NCBI GenBank assembly: GCA_905178155.1
Contig: CAJINV010000030.1
Coordinates: forward strand, 77,984 to 141,983
Direction: 5' to 3'
Length of the DNA stretch: 64,000 nt
Source of the DNA: Amoebophrya sp. A120
Lineage: Eukaryota > Protista > Dinoflagellata
This document shows positions 58,401 to 64,000 of this stretch, one piece after another. The position numbers and the translations under genes are program-made. Positions within the stretch are counted from its first letter, which is position 1; the number at the start of each line of letters is the position of its first letter. Under the pieces are notes generated by a model. It saw only the letters and a list, made by a program, of their open reading frames with translations, searched no databases and was not told the origin of the DNA.

Positions 58401-60368
58401 CCTGAAGTACTGTTACGTCGGGGGCCGACGACGGCTCAATCTTGTCGGGAAAAAGTACGACACGAGAGGTGCCACCTCCGCTCGCTGGAGCTATCGCGAC
58501 AATCGCTCTAAAAGGCGGGATCGTCGCTTTTCGAGACCTCCGACAGCACTCATTTTCAGGACAGAGGATGGTGTCGAGCCTGCACTGTCCCTCTTCGTGC
58601 GCGTCCAGGATGAAAAGTTGTGCAACATCACTCTGTACTCCCCGCCGCTCCCGAAAAAGGGGAAAAAGCTCGCAGTGAAGATGTTGTCAACACTGTGCAC
58701 CAACCACGGCGGGACGAGTTCCACCGCAACTGGCCCCTGCTCCAAACAGAAACTGCAATGCATAGCCGCGTTGTACGTGCTCGATGTCGGCGCGCAGTTT
58801 TGGGATCGCGAGAAGCAAGTAGTCACCCTGCCGACGTATGCTAGGTTTGCGTCCTTTGGGTCAAAAGAGGAGCTGGTGTACGCGTTGCGGGCCGTCCTAG
58901 GCGTCAACAAAGGGCTCGAAGGGTACCAAGAGCGTTTCAACTTAGGCAGCTTCAAGAGTGCCAAATTCCTCGCCGAGGGGGGAAGCGAATTGAGCCCAGC
59001 CGACAGGGAGCGACAACCCGAAAACTATACGGAAGCCCTCCGCCTGCGGCGCGGCGACGAGCTAGCGGTTCTTGGCGTTTGCGGAACGAAGGAGGAAGTG
59101 GAAAAGAAGTACGGGCCGCTGCGGGAATGGGACCTGGGACACTGCACCGACCTCTCCTGCCTGTACATGTGGACGCTGCTCGACCCGATGTACGACGTGT
59201 TCGCGCAGAACGACATGGATTATCCCGCAGTGAGATTTCGCCCTCTGTTAGAAGAATGTACTGCATGTCCTACATTCTCAACGAAAGACTGATCGTTATT
59301 TACGATATGTTTTGTAAGGTATGTGAAGACTGTATTGCAAGTGAGTAGAGCACCAGGACCAGGAACAGCAGAGCAAGATGATACAACAAAGCACATTTCA
59401 TCCCGAAGAGCAGCAGCTGCTGCGAGTCCCGAAGCGTGTATTTGTAATGCTGCTCATCTTCCTTCCAGCTTTTGTCGGACATCCTCAGGACAGAAAAGAC
59501 GACTTTGTTGAAGGCGATGTTTCTCTCTTGTTTGATGATTGGAATTTAGGAGTACTGCATGCCCAATCGCCAGGGAGGCTGTACGTGTGGGCGCCGATAT
59601 GCTTCATGTCGTATGACAAGAATCCGGACATCTCCTGCTGGAACACGTCGAAGGTGACAAACATGTACCGCTGCTTCTGGAATTGGGACGATTTCAATCA
59701 ACCCTTGACGGCTACGCAAGAGGACGAAAGTGTCGTCACGATGACGACGGTCATCATCGCTGGGTCATGCAAGAAGAAGAAAATATCTTCTGTCATAGTC
59801 ATCTTTTTTTGTCCCAGTCTTCAATTGCTCTCTTTGTATACGTAAGACCATCAAGCGACTTGTTCTTCACATGGTTTTTTAGAAGTATGGTTTTTTAGAA
59901 GTGCCAAAGAAGATGGGTTCAACGGAAAAATTTCTGCAGATGATGATGATGATGATGATGATAATGATGACGACGATTTTCGACAGCATAATCTGGTGGG
60001 ACACCAGCTCTGTAACCAGCATGAACGAGATGTTCTATGGCGCAATCAAGTTCGATCAGCCGTTGGGCCACTTTGACCTCAGTAACTTGGGCAGTTTGTT
60101 CGCCGAATCCGCGAGCCCTTGCCCCGCCGTGGGGCACTACAACGACGGCGGTTTGCAGGACATGCTTCGTGGTGCAGCGAATTTCAAGCAGTGGGAATCC
60201 TTGCGTTCGTGGAGCCCGGACGCGAACAAACTCGGCCAACAAATTCCCGTCGAACCCGAAGCACGGTGTTCGTTTTTGTTCGATCTCGTCAACAAGGAGA
60301 AGAACGCCGTTGAGAAGATGGGCTGCGGCGCCTACCTCATGCAAAGGGTACCCGTTGACTTGCTGTAA
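55477..60368 (+). CDS. Large protein with an Ala/Ser/Thr/Pro-rich N-terminus and C-terminal DUF285 (BspA-like 26-residue) repeats
   Basis: YGPLREWDLGHCTDLS, DISCWNTSKVTNMYRCFWNWDDFNQPL, WDTSSVTSMNEMFYGAIKFDQPL. Three introners are removed in frame into ORF 56842. The start and the last introns are uncertain. Confidence 0.75.
55525..55724. mobile_element. Introner family A
   Basis: TATGCATCGCAAAAGTATCG...GATACTTTTGCAATGTATA; TSD ACGAG/ATGAG. Confidence 0.88.
56254..56550. mobile_element. Introner family B
   Basis: TATGCATCGCAAAT..TCTGGGTGTGGAA...CACACCCGGACATAGTTGCATTTGATA; TSD GCTAT/ATTAT. Confidence 0.8.
56590..56776. mobile_element. Introner family A
   Basis: TATCCTATGCAAAATCATCGTACTCG...CGAGTGCGATAATTTTGTACTTGATA; perfect TSD ACGGA. 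Confidence 0.92.
59939..59976. repeat. (GAT)n microsatellite, probably intronic
   Basis: Direct trinucleotide run. Confidence 0.9.
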
Positions 60369-60666
60369 ACGCCGTCCTCAACGTGGTCACGTTTTCCTGT
60401 GCAGAGGATTTCACGAGAGAAAAAGTGTGAAGAAAAACCAACAGCAGAATGTACCACGTTCAATTGCGCTTCTCAGAACCAGAGCTCCCACCTCAACCTC
60501 CATGTGAAGCTTCACTCAGATCATGCTTGTTCAGCCCGTCCGACTCCGACGATTTTTTTCATCGAAGAAACGGGTCAAATAAAAGAGTCGTCCATGTTTT
60601 ACCTTGTGCCAGCATTCCTGATGGAGTCTCGGCCGAAAGAATTTCCCGGTAGACTTCAACTTTTTA

Positions 60667-60927
60667 TATCAGATGCGAATATATATGGGTCTGGAAACTT
60701 GTGATGCTAAAGTGTGGATGACAGGGGAAACATTTCCGAAACCGAATGCAGCCAAGCATGACAATTCTCCAGAACCCTTTCGCATGCGACGCTGCGTTTT
60801 TCATTTTCTATGACAAGAGAGGCTGAAAATTTCCTTCGTCATGCAATACAGATTTCAGATTCAGAGGAATGCAAAGCCAGCATCACAAGTTCGAACTTTC
60901 CAGGCCCAGACATCGTTGCGATGAGTA
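60667..60927. mobile_element. Family B element downstream of a stop codon (UTR or intergenic)
   Basis: TATCAGATGCGAA..GGGTCTGGAAACTTGTGATGC...TTTCCAGGCCCAGACAT; no clear TSD. Confidence 0.7.
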
Positions 60928-62361
60928 GACTTTTTTGCATATGTTGCAGTTGCCCTTTCCATCCTGATGCAACCTCAATGTTAATCCAACGGCACGTTGT
61001 CTTATTATTGAAAAAATTATATCATTCTTATTGGCCACGATAATATACACCGGTAATTAAAGGTAGAAATCAAAAACCATTGGAATTACAGGTGAGGTGG
61101 AGTTCCGTTGAATAAATTCTTATATCTGTTGCGAGAAAAAGTGCGACCCACTGTTGTGTTGGAAAAACCTGACATCCGGTCCTGCACTTCTTGTCCGTAG
61201 TACGGAGGTCCGCACTCATTCTGGAAGTCAATGAGTAGAGGTAGTTGTGATCGGGGGAGCTTCGCCTGCGGCAAAACCAGCTCCTCGTGGCGCACCACGG
61301 AAATAGTTTCCAAAATCTGGCTGAATGCAGCAGCACGGAATAAATTTGTATACACGTGTCTCGAACAAAAGCGGCATTCGAATTGTAATTTTTCAAACGA
61401 AAGATCAAGACGGCACTGAAAGAAAATGTTTAAGCCAGCAACGATAATATAGAGAGTTTCGATTCCGTTTCCGACGACAACGCAGACTCAGCTCGTGCTG
61501 TTTTACCAGACTCCAATTTTTGTTCGCATGCATGCATGCCAGATCTTTTTTTTTGCGGGAGCGGAAAAGCAAAAACTTTAAAAAGCATAACAAAGAGCGA
61601 AAAACAAGAAACCAAAAAGATCTCGCGAGTGTAAAAGCCTTGCCTGATGATCAAAATATATTTTAGTGCTTACGTTTCCATATTTCGTTTGTATGTTTCA
61701 GCCACAACCTCGTGATTGAGCTTGAGCAACTAGATCCGCACTTATAGTGACCGTATCAGTATTCGTAGATATCTTTGGAAGCCTTTCCCTTTGATCTCAG
61801 GTCTCTTTGATTGCTTCATTCCAAACAAATTGTCTCCTGTACTCGGGCCAAGATCCTCATGATCTCGTTAGGACGTATAGCTGGGCCGTGAAAGTTCGTT
61901 AATGCCAGCCTCTGCCCGCCACTCTCTCTGTGGGACACGGCAGCAGAAGGATCACACGCTTCATCATCGATAGAGTCCTAGTGCTGCTGGCCTACTGCGA
62001 ACAAAAAATCCTGAACGACGGGAACCCAAACTACGAGAACACTTTGCGCGCCGGCGTGGATCCCATCTAGAGTCTTTTGAACGCGAACAAACCAAAAGCA
62101 GTGAGCGAATATGTTGAATGTCTACATTCGCGCTGGGTCGTCACGGTCTAGCAGTCGGTAACGCCATACAACAGCAGCTCTACGTCGAAGAACACTTCGC
62201 TGCCCTGGGTGGCTTCGACCATCGGTTGCGCGAGATTGGGAATTGCAGCGTAGTCTTCCTCGATGACTGCCAATCTTCGAATGCTGTAAACACGTTTGAG
62301 CCGGCGCCGGCCCAGATCACGTTAAAATCTTACCGCAGCAGTCTTCGCATCTTCGGTCAAA

Positions 62362-64000
62362 ATGGAGGATGAATTTCTGCCGCATTCTTCATGTTCATCT
62401 GCAAGGCACTATAACCTCTTCGCACCCCGTGTCCGAGACAGTCGAGCTTTCCGAAAAATGCGCAAGATGCAGAATCGGGTCTCGCAGCATCCTCGTCCAT
62501 TCCGAACCTCCTATGGATATGGAATGTAAATAAATGAAGAGATTGGAAGAATGCATAGCTTTGTCATGCATCTCGCGGACCACAACCACCACACACATGA
62601 GCAGGAATGCACACAGAACCATGACAGATTTTGCGATACCTTCCTCAACCACATGCCTATCCTGCATGAGACATCCACCTTTTTCCTAGCAAAAGGCGGG
62701 CAGCTTTTTTTGGCGTACACGCAATACAGATTAATTGATCTGGGACCAGGGTTATTAAAAGAGCTTAAGGCAAGACTACAACAGATTTTTTTTATTTTTT
62801 GTGGTTGGGCGTAGCGGGCGGGCCTCCCCTACAAACACAGATCCGGCTAGAATTGGATCCCGGTTGTATTGTGCATGTCCCTGCAATTGAAGGGCGGAAG
62901 GCTCATAGCATACCACACCCTACCGCTACCACCGAGACTTGCATGACAAGCTGCAATCTTCCAGGCTCAGACATATTTGCAAGCTATAATGGGCGCGACT
63001 TCACGACAGATGAGGACAATGTGATGATCTCTCGAAGTTTTTTCGATTCCGTCCTGGGCCCGCTCCTCCGGGCCCTCGCCTCCACAGAATCGCAGCGAGT
63101 AGAAACTTTCGAGAAGCTCGGCATTGCAGCGCAGGAACACATGATCAGAAAGCGAGGAGTAATTAAAAAACAGCAGCAAAACAACCAGGACAATAAGGCG
63201 GATGACGAGGATAGCAAGGTCGCTGCACAGCAGCTCCTAATTGAAGAACACTTCGCTGACCTGTTCGGGTTCGGCCATAGTTTGGACGAGATTGCGAAGT
63301 GCGGCAGCGACGTGATGCTTTGCAAAGGACTGCATGTCTTCATGCTGCCGGACGTCAAGGAAGTGCGCGAGAAAATCCAGCAGCAAGCCGCCAGCCTGGG
63401 GTCTCCCTTCGTCGATGGGGAGCACAATACCGACCACGAGCACGCTGCTGCCGTGCTGGCAAGACTCGGCGAAGTGCGTGATTTGTACGACCTCATCGAA
63501 GACTTTGGAAATTTGGCGGTCGACCTCAAGATTTACCAGGAGTGTTTGGAGGACCAACTCGAGGAAATGGAGGGCTTCGACGACCCTGAGGGTTTGGAGC
63601 CGCCGTGGAGTGGCCAGGGGAGGCCTCGCAGACAGGAATCTTTGGCGGACATCAGACATTGGACCCGTCTTGGGCTTCGTTCACTACCGGAGAAGGCCCC
63701 CACCGCCTCCTTGTTGCCAGCAGAAGCCTCGCAGCGTGAAGTTTCTCGGAACCGCAAACTGCTCAGTCCATTGGGAGTCGAGTCCATTCCTTTGATCGCG
63801 TTCAACGTCGTAGACCTCGCCGACAACACGATTGCGGAGGGCAGGGCAGACATAGCAGCAAAGCACTTGGCGCATAAAAAACAGCAGGACATAAAGATGT
63901 TTTTCGATCTGCTGCGAAAATGCAACGAGCGGAGGAACGACACGGATGCATTTCACATCAGCGGCTTCGGACCAGAGTGTCCGCTTGTTGGCATGCTCCC
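62362..64000 (+). CDS. Hypothetical protein, partial (runs off the window end)
   Basis: MEDEFLPH...RTSYG joins RDFTTDEDNV... after introner removal, and the frame stays open to 64000. Confidence 0.65.
62518..62988. mobile_element. Long degenerate introner (B-like)
   Basis: TATGGAATGTAAATA...CTTCCAGGCTCAGACATATTTGCAAGCTATA; TSD ATGGA/ATGGG; frame restored. Confidence 0.72.

Overview
Eukaryotic, intron-rich nuclear DNA. All recognisable genes lie on the + strand. The features best fit a parasitic syndinian dinoflagellate (Amoebophrya-like; inferred, not proven). The dominant signal is about 26 short (138-471 bp) elements from at least five sequence families. They have terminal inverted repeats (TIRs, mostly TAT...ATA) and 5-bp flanking direct repeats (target-site duplications, TSDs). 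24 of them interrupt coding sequence, and removing the element plus one 5-bp repeat restores the reading frame in every case traced, so they look like non-canonical introner introns. They occur in both orientations and share an internal GCAT(G/T/C)ACAAA motif. Genes: a MazG-like/PRA-PH NTP pyrophosphatase (3 exons), a ~13-kb split NRPS-like A-T-C gene with membrane and zinc-knuckle insertions, an Mpv17/PMP22 protein, a large gene probably ending in an alpha/beta-hydrolase, a dUTPase, an unknown gene carrying 16 introners, a DUF285/BspA-repeat protein and a partial unknown gene. Non-coding highlights: a candidate telomerase RNA (template AACCCTAAACCC directly after a boundary hairpin, ~10.1 kb), a 1.4-kb GC-rich hairpin-dense island ending in a stem plus T8, palindromic satellite arrays (1-4.1 kb) and a G-rich minisatellite. 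All splice models and alignments were read by eye, without database searches.
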